Source: Epiperipatus broadwayi (taxonomy: Eukaryota > Animalia > Onychophora). Taken from it: DNA of 64,000 nucleotides. The stretch is taken from contig JAQFVV010000006.1 of NCBI GenBank assembly GCA_028023455.1, positions 9,982,001 through 10,046,000 on the forward strand. The letters run 5' to 3'. Each line of letters begins with the position of its first letter. The stretch's first letter is position 1. Positions 34,839 through 45,066 of the stretch are shown in pieces. Under the pieces are notes generated by a model, which had not been told where the DNA came from, did not search any database, and saw nothing but the letters and a program-made list of their open reading frames with translations. The position numbers were made by a program, and so were the translations under genes.

Positions 34839-37751
34839 TCATCATCATCATTATCAACCATTATCAATCCACTGCAGGATGAAGGTCTCTCCAAGTTTAA
34901 TCCATCTTCTCCGATCTTTAGCTTCTCTTCTCCACATCACCCCTACACATTTTCTTATTTCATCCATCCATCTTACATGTGGTCTCCTTCTGGGTCTTTT
35001 ACAATCTCTTGGAATCCAGTTTAAAATTTCAATTGTCCATCTATTATCATCTCTTCTAGCAATATGTCCAGCCCAACTCCACTTCAATCTTTTAATTTTT
35101 TCAATGAGGTCAGTAACACCTGTTTGTTCTCTTACCCATACATTGCGTTTTCGATCTCTTCTTGTTACTCCCAACATACATCTCACCATACTTCTTTGAG
35201 TGGTCTGAAGTCTCTGTATTGATCTTCTATTAAGTGTCCAAGTCTCAGATCCATAAGTAAGAACTGGTAAAACACATTTGTTAAAAACCTTTCTTTTCAA
35301 ACACATAGGCATATTTCCTTTTAATATCAAGTTATTTCTACCAAAAGCACTCCAACCAAGTTTAATTCTATGATTAATTTCCTCTATTATGTTTCCATCT
35401 GTATTAATAATCTGACCAAGGTATTTGTAACTCTTAACTTCTTCTAATTCATCATAATCAATCTTTATTTTCATATTTTGAGCAAATCGATTAAACATTA
35501 CTTTAGTCTTTTTAACATTTATCTTTAGTCCTACTTTCCTACTTTCATCTGATAACTCCTGCAACATTTCCTGCAGCTCGGAAGCATTATTTGCAAAAAC
35601 AACTACATCATCTGCGAAATCTAAATGACTTAAATAATCTCCATTTACTTTCACTCCTTTAGTTTCCCATTTTAATCCACAAAATACTTCTTGCAGCACT
35701 GCTGTAAAAAGTTTTGGAGATATGGAGTCACCTTGTCTTACACCTTTCTCAATGTTAACTTTCCCAGTATCATTATGTAATCTAATTGTTGCTGTTGCAT
35801 TTTTATAAATATTCTTTAAAATATGACAATATCCTGGATCTATACCTTGATGATCCAATGCTTTAATCACTGAAGAAATGTTTATAGAATCAAATGCCTT
35901 TTCATAATCTACAAATCCAAAACATAATGACAACTCATATTCATTTGTCCTTTCTATAACTTCTCTCAATACTTGAATATGATCTACTGTACTAAAACCA
36001 CTTTTAAATCCAGCTTGTTCTCTTGGTTGGTGAAAATCCAAGGTTCTCTGTAGATGAGTTGTAATTATCTTGGTAAAAATTTTATATAAAACTGATAAAA
36101 GGCTGATAGGTCTGTAATTTCTAATATCTTCTTTATCACCTTTTTTAAATATTAATATTATTACTGCATTCTTCCAATCATCCGGTACATCTTTATCATT
36201 TAGACATTTGGTATATAACTTTGCTAATATTTTTTCTGTTTCTTCACCTGCTTCTTTTAATATATCAATTATAATTCCATCATTACCTGGAGACTTTCCT
36301 TTTTTCATACATTTAATTGCATTTCTCACTTCTTCATTTAAAATTCTGGGCAATTCGGAAGATGTAATAGATATAGGAGGTACTTGTTCTTTATTACTAT
36401 ATAATTCTTGATAAAAATCTTCTACCAATTTCATAATGTCATCCCTCTTTTTAGTAATAATTCCATCTTTTTTCCTTATTGCAGATATAAATTTCCTACC
36501 AATACCAAAATGTTGTTTTACATTCTTAAGACTTTTATTTTCTTCTACAGCTTTTCTTGCTAGTTCACAGTTATACTTTCTTATATCATTTTCAACTCTT
36601 TTCCGCACCATTTTACAAAATTCGAGATATTCAATTCTTTTTAATGCATCATTCTTGCATATCTTCATATTCCTTCTTTTCTTCATAAGTTCTCTAGTCT
36701 CAGTAGAAATTTTATTAGTCAATTGCTGCTTTTTTCTACCAGCTATCTTTGTTGCAGTTTTTAAAAGTGTATCAGTTATTTTCATATTAATTTCATTCAA
36801 ATCTGAATCATGTTCAAAATCTACTAATACTTGAAACCGATTTGTAAGTTCTAATTTAAATTCATTAGAATGTTTCTGAAGATTAGGAATATCAACTGTA
36901 AATATAGTTTTTCTTAATAATTTTTGTCTCTCTAGTTTTACATTAACATGTATCTTACCCCTTACTAATCGATGATCACTTCCTGTGTTAAATTTATTAA
37001 GAACATTACAATCTTGAAATATGTATTTCCTGTTAGTCAAAATATAATCCAATTCTGCTGTACCTTCATTTGGATGCTTCCATGTCCATTTCCTTCTAAC
37101 ATTTTTCTCAAAAAAAGAATTCATAATATAAAGTTTTTCCTTCTCTGCAAACTCCACAAGTCTATGTCCTCTCTCATTTCTATTACCATAACCAAAATTA
37201 CCTACAACACTTTCATCTTTCATTTGTTTACCAATTCTAGCATTAAAATCTCCCATAACAATTTTAAAATGTTGTTTACTCTGATCAAAAGCCTTTTGTA
37301 CATCCATATAAAAATCTTCTACTACTTCATCACTGTGAGAACTTGTTGGGGCATAAACCTGAATTATCTGCATTTGATATCTGCTATTAAGTTGTATAAC
37401 TAATCTTGCCACTCTGTCTGATACACCATCAATCTCCACAATATTGTTCTTCCACTTTTTATTTATAATGAATCCTACTCCACTTGTATTTCCAATATTT
37501 GTGCCTTTATAATAGAGCATATGTCCACTTTTTAAATCAATTGTCTCTTCACCTTTTCTTCTAACTTCACAAAGTCCAATAATATCCCATTTAATATAAG
37601 AGAGTTCTTCTTCTAATTCTTGCAATCTTCCTTCACTTGAAAGTGATCTGCAGTTGTAAGTACCTAAATAAAAAGTCGTCATCAAATGGCAGCCTGGGTC
37701 CGCCTCCATGATATTCTTAACACCCTCCGCCTTCGGCCACCAACCGAAGGC
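34839..37751 (-). mobile_element. RTE-clade LINE, near full-length, intact ORF
   Basis: Single EN-RT ORF, (GAT/TGA)n 3' tail right after the stop, GGCTA on both sides (34834-38, 37752-56; possible TSD). It interrupts a family-F repeat whose uninterrupted form lies near 38060-38110. Confidence 0.95.
34854..37709 (-). CDS. RTE LINE polyprotein: APE endonuclease plus reverse transcriptase
   Basis: Motifs LGTYNCRSL, GLCEVRR, GDFNARIG, ELDYIL, SDHRLV (APE); YRPISLLSVLYKIF, FVDYEKAFDS, GVRQGDSISPKLF, FADD, YKYLG (RT); WSWAGHIARR..RPHVRW (RTE C-terminus). Likely start at 37709 or 37682; the ORF-track start at 37790 lies in flanking DNA. Confidence 0.95.
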   Translation of the reverse strand: MEADPGCHLMTTFYLGTYNCRSLSSEGRLQELEEELSYIKWDIIGLCEVRRKGEETIDLKSGHMLYYKGTNIGNTSGVGFIINKKWKNNIVEIDGVSDRVARLVIQLNSRYQMQIIQVYAPTSSHSDEVVEDFYMDVQKAFDQSKQHFKIVMGDFNARIGKQMKDESVVGNFGYGNRNERGHRLVEFAEKEKLYIMNSFFEKNVRRKWTWKHPNEGTAELDYILTNRKYIFQDCNVLNKFNTGSDHRLVRGKIHVNVKLERQKLLRKTIFTVDIPNLQKHSNEFKLELTNRFQVLVDFEHDSDLNEINMKITDTLLKTATKIAGRKKQQLTNKISTETRELMKKRRNMKICKNDALKRIEYLEFCKMVRKRVENDIRKYNCELARKAVEENKSLKNVKQHFGIGRKFISAIRKKDGIITKKRDDIMKLVEDFYQELYSNKEQVPPISITSSELPRILNEEVRNAIKCMKKGKSPGNDGIIIDILKEAGEETEKILAKLYTKCLNDKDVPDDWKNAVIILIFKKGDKEDIRNYRPISLLSVLYKIFTKIITTHLQRTLDFHQPREQAGFKSGFSTVDHIQVLREVIERTNEYELSLCFGFVDYEKAFDSINISSVIKALDHQGIDPGYCHILKNIYKNATATIRLHNDTGKVNIEKGVRQGDSISPKLFTAVLQEVFCGLKWETKGVKVNGDYLSHLDFADDVVVFANNASELQEMLQELSDESRKVGLKINVKKTKVMFNRFAQNMKIKIDYDELEEVKSYKYLGQIINTDGNIIEEINHRIKLGWSAFGRNNLILKGNMPMCLKRKVFNKCVLPVLTYGSETWTLNRRSIQRLQTTQRSMVRCMLGVTRRDRKRNVWVREQTGVTDLIEKIKRLKWSWAGHIARRDDNRWTIEILNWIPRDCKRPRRRPHVRWMDEIRKCVGVMWRREAKDRRRWIKLGETFILQWIDNG

Positions 37752-38544
37752 GGCTATATAATCTATTAAAAATATTAAATTACAATACATGGCTCACTGT
37801 GAGAAGGTCTTGATTTCAAATGAAAATTAAGAGAAGGTTGATTATCCTTCAGAGAGAAGGTTGATTATCTTTCAGTTTCTCAGTCCTGTATCAACTATGC
37901 TGTTCAGGTATGAACTCATATATAAAATGCTAAATATTAATCAAAAGTGTTTTTTGATCTTGTTGTGGCTTTAGCAATATATTATTATTCTCTCATTGGT
38001 TGTTGCCTTTAAACCATCATGGCTAAACATTTTAACTAAATTTAAAAACAGAATTTCCATTTATAAAATATTTCACTACCAATATAATCTAATAAAATTA
38101 TTAAATTATATATATATGTCATTAAAAACAAGTCAATACAGACAATCCCAATAACAATCAACAATCTCAAGCTGTTGTCATGGCAACCTTGGTGGAACCC
38201 CATCTTTATTTATGGTCCAATATTTTTGTATAGATCACTAAAGATTGCAACTTGACCACAGAGATTGAAATTATTGTTAAAAAGAAATTTAAATAAATCT
38301 CCTTAAAACAGGTAAATATAACCTGTTCTGACTGCAGACTAATAAATAATCAATTATAATATTACAAACTGCAATTATAATTTTCACATTGCATCCAAAG
38401 GATTACTTAAAGGTGAAATGGGTTTATATATATATATATATGAATTTTCTAAAAAAAAATAAAGATTGATAGTGATGAGTTAGAAGAAGTTAATAACTAC
38501 AAATATCTCCTCAGATTATTACTACACAATGGATGAAATTAATC

Positions 38545-39070
38545 AGAATTAAATTTGTTTGGAGTGCTTTTGGTAGAAATAATTTTTATTAAAAGAAAAT
38601 AGACATGTGTTTGAAAAGAAAGGTTTTTAATAAATGTGTTACCAGTTCTTAATTACAGATCTGAGACTTTATCACTTAACAGAAGAGCAATACAGAGTCT
38701 TCAGATCACTCAACGAATTATGGTAAGATGTATATTAGGAGTAACTAGAGATCAGAAATGAAATACATGAGTGAGAGAACGAACACCGACATTATTGAAA
38801 GAATTAAAAGACAGAATGGAGTTGGGCTGGATATATTGTTAAAAGAGATGATAATATAGATGTACAGTTGAAATCTTAAAACTGAATTCCAAGTGATTAT
38901 AAAAGACTTAGAAAACTACCACATGTGAAATGGATGGATGAAATAAGGGAGTATGCTGAGGTGATGTGGAGAAGAAAATCTACAGATCAGAGAAGTTGGA
39001 TTGAACTTGGAGAGACCTTCATCATACAATGGGCCAATAATGGTTGAAAATTATAATGATGATGATGATA
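38545..39070 (+). mobile_element. RTE LINE 3' fragment, opposite orientation to the intact copy
   Basis: Reverse-complement similarity to 34840-35370; ends ggttgaaaattataatgatgatgatgat. Confidence 0.88.
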
Positions 39071-40194
39071 TATATGAAATTAAAACACTAAATTAACATT
39101 AACACATTAGCCTAAGTATTAAAAATTTAAAACATTACCTGTCATATTATGGTATTATCTGTTACAGCCTTTTCAAGTACAAATGTTACAAGCACACACA
39201 TATTTTTAAATGTGTTTACAAACTATCCATAGTTTAAATTTATTCTCCACATTTTCTGTTGAATGAAGTTTTCATCAGACTGAAAGCTTTTGAACCATGG
39301 TTATTAATCAAAACTTTTTCAATCTTCTCACCTCATTATCTTCAAAGAAGGTAACATTTCCCTAGTCAAATAATATTTTATGGTGCCTATCATACCCATG
39401 AATATATAAAGCCAAATTAAGGTATGCATTCTTAATTCTACTCGATTTGTCTTTGTATGTTAGTGTACAATGTGCAGAATCATAAAATATTATTTGATCA
39501 TGCAAACATTGTTTTCTTTGGGATAGTGAGATTAAAGAAAAGTTATAAACTGTTGATTAATAAATATGATTCTGAAACTATTATTTTGACAAAAATTTCA
39601 TTTAACATAGCAAATAATGTATGATAGATTGTGTATTAAACCAAAAAGGCTTACATGTTTAGGTGAAGCCATGATCTTATATGCTTTTACTACTTAGGCT
39701 ATTAGTATTAATGTTGTGTTATTCATTTATAGTTATTAGTTTAATGTTACTTGGGATTGAGCTTATGTATATATGTTTTGTAGACATGTTTGCAATATAG
39801 TTGCTAAGAATTTAGTTATGTCTGGAAGCAATTTTTGTCAACTATACACATTATTAAGTCTCATATGGTAGTAACAACTTGCACTTATTTATTCAGTGAT
39901 GACATGTGTCCATAGTGGAAATCAAATATAAGTAGTGTTCAAACTAAAAGTGTTTTCAATAGTTTGAATACTTAATAATCTAATCTTTATTAATTCCACT
40001 CAGAGGTATATTATTAGTTATGTTGTGATGAGAAATGTTATAAGCACAATTATTAATATATATTTAATGCATCACATGACCAATAAAATATCAGATGACC
40101 TTAGCTTACAGATATTTTAGTTATAATTATAAAATAATTTGCTAATATGTTTTACACTATTTGCTTGATATATATATATAATGCAGAATTGCAT

Positions 40195-40255
40195 CATGGT
40201 GTAATAGTAGCACTTCTGACTGAAATGCATTATGACTGAGTTTGAATCTAGACTA
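40195..40255 (+). repeat. Degenerate tRNA-Gln-like SINE head
   Basis: catggtgtaatagtagcacttctgact...gagtttgaatct resembles tRNA-Gln A and B boxes. Confidence 0.4.
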
Positions 40256-40656
40256 GATAAATTTGGAATTTTTTTCACATTCAAATTACACTTAAGATTT
40301 ATTTTCAGGCCCTTAACTAAGACATCTATCTATACTATATTGGTCAGTAAATGGGTAATTAGCTATTCTAAGCTAAAGGATAAAACAAAGATCTAAGCCG
40401 TTTAGATTTTTGGCACTCTGAAATTGTCAGGACTATTGACTTCTGCCTTTTCCTTCATTGTCTCTATGAGAGGCTATTTAAAATACTTTTGCTTGCAGTA
40501 TGTTTTTTCAGGGTGGTTTATGATTACCATTTATATATTCTGCTTGTTAGTAGTTTATCATTTTAAAATATGATTTTATATACCGTTTTCTATTTTTACA
40601 TAATGCAATATTTAGTTTTATAATACATTGCTTTGACACTTGTTTTTATATTGCAG

Positions 40657-40862
40657 TATCTCCCAACAGATGGCGGCGATATTTTAATATCATTTGCAAC
40701 ATAAGTAATAAACCGGCCGAAATGCAATCGCAGGAGGATTTACTTGAAATGGAAAAGAAAATGACGTCTATTGAAGAAACTCCAACCATGAAATTAATAA
40801 CTAACGTGGGAGCAGTGTTACTTATGACTGGAGGTGCCTTTTTATGGGGATTTTATGCATAG
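40657..40862 (+). CDS. SLC5A: SLC5A/SGLT-like terminal coding exon with stop codon
   Basis: ttgcag|TA; VSPNRWRRYFNIICNISNKPAEMQSQEDLLEMEKKMTSIEETPTMKLITNVGAVLLMTGGAFLWGFYA*, the typical SGLT C-terminus (KMTSIEE...last TM...FYA); phase 1 fits the previous exon. Confidence 0.92.
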
Positions 40863-40891
40863 CTATATAAAAAGTTGTACTATATGCGCAC

Positions 40892-40945
40892 AATAAATTA
40901 TGTGTATACGATATCCAAGTATAATCTGATTGTTGTTGTAATAAA
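40892..40945 (+). terminator. Candidate polyadenylation signals of the SLC5A gene
   Basis: AATAAA at 40892-40897 and 40940-40945, shortly after the stop codon. AT-rich background lowers specificity. Confidence 0.5.
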
Positions 40946-41419
40946 AAAAAATGGAAAAATTACTGGTTTTAATTAATGTTGTTTTAATTATCATTGGCTT
41001 AAAAATATTACTGATATTTCAAATAACATTAAAAACAATTTGCATATATGTACTGAGTTCAAATTCGATTTGAGCAATTTTTTTTTCAAGAGGCTTTATG
41101 ATTTTTCTCTTATGTAGTTATTCAATAAATAGTAAATATGGTTTATACTGCTTTTTTATTCAGGGGCTTTCAGAGAAGAATTTGCTCTATGTCAGGCTAT
41201 TTATTAAAAACTGATTAATGAGACTAAAATATGCATATATAAAAAATTAAATACTCTCTATCATTATATTAGTAATGATAAATAAAACAGAAAATCGTAT
41301 AATATTACAATACTAATAAAAAAAAAATTTTTTTTTACTAAAATTCATCCACAATCATGGTTTCATCTATTAACTAATAGACCTTACAACTGAAATTCAA
41401 CTAGATACAAACAATATAT

Positions 41420-42479
41420 GGTCGTTGTAAATTAGCCATTGTAAATCATGTGGTGGCACTGTTTCTGTGCATAAACACAGAAATATGCCATTTACATGGC
41501 CGAAGTCATAGGCATATAGAACAGTTCTGTTCATATTAGCCATTAGCAGGCCTACATGGCCCACTGATGTGCTTCGCGATACTATGCAAATAGAGCGCAC
41601 TTATCGCTACCGTATGATGTGAGGTTGTATGTAATTTAACTGGCCATAACTTTTAATGTTGATTCGAAGTAATGATGTTACACCCTAGCTGATGTACTAT
41701 TACATAGTAATAATTGTAAGGCTGGCCCCATGTTTCTACACATGTTGGAAGGTGAAAATAATTTCAAAAGGGTAGGGCCAAACACCATTTCCCAAAACTC
41801 ATGCAAATAGGCACGTTTTCACGAGAACAGCTACGAGACAAATCGTAATGTTTGTTGAATAACATACATTTGTAAATAAAAAGAAAAAGTTTTTTTGTTT
41901 TATTTTTGACATTTAATGTAGAATGCTAAGAATAACGTAAACTTGTTGGAGGTTGGATATTGTTTTGGAGATCATAAACCTGGTTTGATCAGAGTAATGC
42001 ATCTTTTGTATGATCCTTCAGATCTGCAAACCAGCCATCCCCCCTACCCATTCCAGCACTACACGTTGAAATTTAATCGAATGCTGTTTCATTTCATTCA
42101 GGCTGATTAGTTTGTTAATCAAGTGCAGTTTGATCAGAGTAATGCATTTTTTGTATGATCCGTCGGATCTGCAAACCAGCTCCCCCTACCCACTCCAGCA
42201 CTATGCACTGAAATTTAATTGAACGCAATTTCATTTCATTCGGGCTGATTAGCTTGTTAGTCAATTTTTTTTTTTTTTTTTGGTTTAAACGTTTCATTTA
42301 CTATTAGAAAAGTAATATCAATTTTTTTGTGAAATAAAAATAAAATTTGTTTTGTCCCGTACATTTTTTGTAAAATAAAAATTGTTTTGTTTTGTCCTGG
42401 CCAGGAAACGTTATATTAAAACGTTTTTGCACAGAAACAGTGCCACCACATGATGTACAGTGGCTAATTTACAACTACC
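41420..42479. mobile_element. Non-autonomous TIR element, Merlin-like, with an internal tandem repeat
   Basis: TIRs of about 55 bp GGT(C/A)GTTGTAAATTAGCCA...; 8-bp flanks CAATATAT / TAATATAT; two copies of about 144 bp at 41984-42265. Confidence 0.65.
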
Positions 42480-42589
42480 TAATATATGTATACAAATTAA
42501 CATAGCATTTCCATGTAAAAGGTGGTTGGTTTTTGAAGTGAATTGTGGGAGACTATTATTTTGTATATATATAGATCAGTTATTTTTTT

Positions 42590-43170
42590 TATATGTATAT
42601 GCTCATGGGTATCAATTGTATAAGATAGAATGGATGACTGAAGAGGTCTTGGAAGTCTGTGTTCAAATCTATGTCTAGCTTAAATATATTGACTATACAC
42701 TTGTATTTAAATTTTACACATTTAGCCTGTATTCTGCCCATCCCCTTTCTGTGTATTTAAATGGGCATATTAAGGTCCTACATATGAGGGGTCAGAGTGA
42801 CTTAATGTCCACATGGGTATGACAATAAGGGCTTTGAGCATTCCATTATCAAATTTTCAATGATATGGATAGTTGGAGAGTGGAGCAGATTGAAACCTGT
42901 CCATTAAAATTTGTAGATTTGCTATCTTAATGTAAACCAAGCACTGATTATATATGTGTGTGGGAGATAATGATCTGGACCAACTGATGAGTGCTGGTTC
43001 AGCAAGAAATATGTATATTGGAGATTATTTATCTTTTTCATATGTGGTCATGTGTATCGGTTGTATAAGATAGAGTGGGTGATTAAAGGGAGTTTGAAAG
43101 TGTGTTGTTCAAATTCTCATTAATTATATCTAGCTTAAGTATGCACACTATACTTATATTTAAATATTAT
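42590..43170 (+). mobile_element. Family B partial tandem (3' piece followed by a full unit)
   Basis: 42590-42712 repeats the 43045-43170 segment (tgtataagatagaRtgg...tctagcttaa...tatttaaat). Confidence 0.8.
42980..43021 (+). ncRNA. Type I hammerhead motif (family B), canonical spacing
   Basis: CCAA CUGAUGA GUGCUG-GUU-CAGCAA GAAA UAUGUAU A UUGG; helix III derivable from the palindrome AUACGUAU. Confidence 0.75.
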
Positions 43171-43574
43171 ATATGTTGTTTGTATATAGATGAATTTCAC
43201 TTAAGGTCTACTTGTTGATAGATGAAACCAGGAACATGAAAATTTTTTAGTAAAATTTTGTTTTTTGGATAGTATTGTTATATCATATGATTTATTATTT
43301 TATACATATTAGTTGTAGAGTTTAGCAATGCATGTGTTGTGTGTGTTTATGTATGGGGCATGTCTACGATTGCAATTTCAGCCATTAAAATGTTATATAT
43401 TAAAATTACATGCAAAATTTAAAATAAAAGCATGTAGGGGAGGGAACTAATTATCAAAGTATTAAGAGAATAGTTTTATTTAAATAAATCAATTTTATAT
43501 ATCTACATGACAATATACATAAATGTATACATTCTATGTGTCATCCATAGGTGTATATGCCTTAATCACAAACT

Positions 43575-44035
43575 AGTTATCTCCATTTCTTATGCTTGCT
43601 TATAACTGTTATTAAAACAGGCAAAACTCTCTATACATATTTCCAATCCTGCCTACTATGGTTATTAAAGAACCAAAGACACCAAAATGTATAGTACTGA
43701 ACTGAGTTCAGGCTTATATGATTATATAAGCTAATGAGCTTGGATTGAAAATATTATAGTGTTTTCAATTTAAGACTCTTAGTTTTGTAGTTAAGTAGAG
43801 ATAAAAGTTGGCTGCTGGAGGGTTACATTAGATCCTAAGATCTAGATGCAGTGCTCTCAGATCCAAGACTCCTCACTGACAAAGGCCACAAGCCAGAAAC
43901 TAGTCTGGGCATATTGGATGAGTAGGCACTTGATGGGGATTTTATGCACAAGCCTTCTGGCATCCATTGATTACTCTGGATTGCGACTGAGTGGCAATAC
44001 GTATAGAGAGTTTTGCCAGTTTTAATAACAGTTAT
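43575..44035. mobile_element. Family A HHR element, short antisense arm plus full sense unit
   Basis: Sense unit starts CCAATCCTGCC at 43643; HHR-like core 43870-43911 (G8 to A). Confidence 0.9.
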
Positions 44036-44793
44036 CAAAATATCGAGAGACTATTATTTTATGTAATTTTACACATCAAGTTATATGAATTTAGCCATAT
44101 TAGTATCATGGTTAAGTATATTCATTAATATTGTAAGAAAAAGTTCATTTTCAAATCCGAGTCCTAACGAAAACTTTTTTGATTAATTTATGCACTTGTT
44201 TAATTGTCAACAATTATATTTCCATAGGTTCCATAGGCGGATCTGTTTCAGAATTTATCTATTTTTCAGTAAAGTCATTACCAATTTCCCTCTTATTTTC
44301 TTCAGTTGTATGTTTAGCTTAAAAATATCTACCTTTTATGGTCTTGTTGACTTTTTTCTTAAGAACTTTGTCTTCAGTCAGACTATCATTTCCACTTCTC
44401 AATGCCTACTTTTCTTCACTATTTCTGTCATGTTTTCATTCTCTTTAGTTTTAGCTATTAATTACTTTGGGTTTTTTTTTTTGCACTCCATTATGGATGG
44501 CATGGAATAATTACCAGAAGATGTTTTGATGAACCAACTGTTATGTATTTGCATATATATTATATGGATACCAACAAAAATGAGTAACACACAGGAAGTT
44601 AATAACAATAAAAATTTAATGACAAAATTAACAATAATGGCTTATCAATGATAACTAAATGCATTTGGTACTGAACCTCACAACAAAGTATTATTAACCA
44701 CAATATCAATCATTCTGCACACAACAAATAATACCATATATATATATATGAAAAACAAAAAACACAAGTTAAAAACTTGCATACGCTTGTATT

Positions 44794-45066
44794 TATGACT
44801 ATAGATGGCGTTATACCAAAACCACCTTCAAGCGTTTGTTTACATAAACGTCAGAGCGAGTATTTCACTATCTCTAACTTAATTTCCACCTTCATATCAT
44901 GATTTCAAGCTATTTTCTATCGTCAGTGAAGCACCAACGATAGCAAATAGCTTGAAATCATGATATGAAGGTGGAAATTAAGTTAGAGATAGTGAAATAC
45001 TCGCTCTGACGTTTATGTAAACAAATGCTTGAAGGTGTTTTTGGTATAACGCCATCTATAGTCATA
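44794..45066. mobile_element. Young palindromic MITE in a (TA)n tract of an LTR
   Basis: 130-bp arms with three mismatches by eye, 13-nt spacer (44924-36), TA at both ends. Confidence 0.9.

Noticed and set aside
34879-37403. Plus-strand ORFs overlapping the RTE (34879, 36208, 36436, 36972), and 6340/6350
   Set aside because: Antisense shadows of the LINE coding sequence.
37710-37790. N-terminal extension MYCNLIFLIDYIAAFGWWPKAEGVKNI of the RTE ORF
   Set aside because: It reads through the 5' UTR hairpin and into flanking family F DNA beyond the putative TSD; chance open frame.
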